Below are positions 35,126 to 35,729 of a stretch of 35,729 nucleotides of DNA, one piece after another. The notes beneath the pieces are model-generated. The model was not told the DNA's origin. It saw only the letters and a list, made by a program, of their open reading frames with translations, and did no database searches. Position 1 is the first letter of the stretch. Every line of letters starts with the position of its first letter. The stretch lies in the IMG/VR virus record IMGVR_UViG_3300022178_000001. One strand, written 5' to 3'. Position numbers and translations under genes: made by a program. The DNA is from an uncultured virus (IMG/VR IMGVR_UViG_3300022178_000001) (lineage: Duplodnaviria > Heunggongvirae > Uroviricota > Caudoviricetes).

Positions 35126-35149
35126 ATGCCACCTATCTGTAAAAAGTTC

Positions 35150-35178
35150 TTGACATTCAATCCAAAATCTCTTATAAT
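35150..35178 (+). promoter_or_regulatory. Sigma70 promoter
   Basis: TTGACA-17-TATAAT. Confidence 0.88.
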
Positions 35179-35214
35179 TCATTTTTCACCTGAAAAATAT
35201 TTTTGGAAAATTTT

Positions 35215-35379
35215 ATGACTACGAAATATTCATACTCCTATGAGGAGCTATTTGAAGATATTCCTGGGGACGATGAGCATATTGCTTTTATTGTACCCGC
35301 AGAGATTTTGGATGAGGTAGCTGACTCTTCTTTTAAAGTTAAAGTAGAGAAAGGTATTGTAGTAATCCAAATCACATAA
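35215..35379 (+). CDS. 54-aa AbrB/SpoVT-like protein
   Basis: MTTKYSYSYEELFEDIPGDDEHIAFIVPAEILDE...FKVKVEKGIVVIQIT; I.P.EI...VE...+VI pattern. Confidence 0.55.
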   Translation: MTTKYSYSYEELFEDIPGDDEHIAFIVPAEILDEVADSSFKVKVEKGIVVIQIT

Positions 35380-35389
35380 GAGAGAAATT

Positions 35390-35686
35390 ATGTCCAATAT
35401 ACTTGAATTTCCTATCGAACGAACCCTAAAAAACAGACTAGACGTAGCATCTTCTCAGCTAGAGGAGTACTATGATGCTCTTGGCAGAATGGAGATGCTA
35501 GCATATACCCTTGAGGAGCAAGCTTTAGAAGTTGAAGAAGGCTATAAGCATTTGCTGAATCGGTATATAAAAATTGTAGGGCTTGAGAATACGGAAGCAC
35601 GATACCTAGAGTACGGGGTCGTAACAGTTTATTCAGATGAAGAAGGTAACTTTACCTTAGAAGCACCACTTAACCCTAACGACTAA
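35390..35686 (+). CDS. Hypothetical acidic coiled-coil protein
   Basis: 98 aa, MSNILEFP start, RBS present. Confidence 0.7.
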   Translation: MSNILEFPIERTLKNRLDVASSQLEEYYDALGRMEMLAYTLEEQALEVEEGYKHLLNRYIKIVGLENTEARYLEYGVVTVYSDEEGNFTLEAPLNPND

Positions 35687-35729
35687 AGGAGAGAAGGATG
35701 AATTATAGTCAGGAGGAGTCTCAGGTACT

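Overview
Fragment of a T5-like (Demerecviridae-type, probably marine) lytic phage genome, spanning the inferred junction between late genes and the first-injected terminal region. The minus strand (1-28235) carries late genes in T5 order: tail and head completion proteins, a prohead protease-major capsid ORF with no stop between the two parts, portal, HNH nicking endonuclease and TerL. A ~20 kb block separates terL from terS; it holds protamine-like peptides, virion proteins and a 4735-aa FG-GAP adhesin. A TorF-like outer-membrane barrel gene lies upstream of terS. The plus strand (28847-31662) is a compact pre-early-like module: A2-like protein, Dmp-like HAD phosphatase, DEDDh exonuclease, PPK2 and small membrane proteins. 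It is followed by an injection-stop-like repeat region and early genes with consensus sigma70 promoters and a tRNA-Trp. Three observations stand out: (1) a complete host-type NtrC/IHF/sigma54 enhancer-promoter in front of the pre-early module; (2) two parS-consensus sites at the injection-stop-like region; (3) a ~370-415 nt structured, pseudoknotted non-coding RNA with its own promoter and terminator. Family assignments rest on recalled motifs and synteny, not database searches, and RNA pairings were found by eye.
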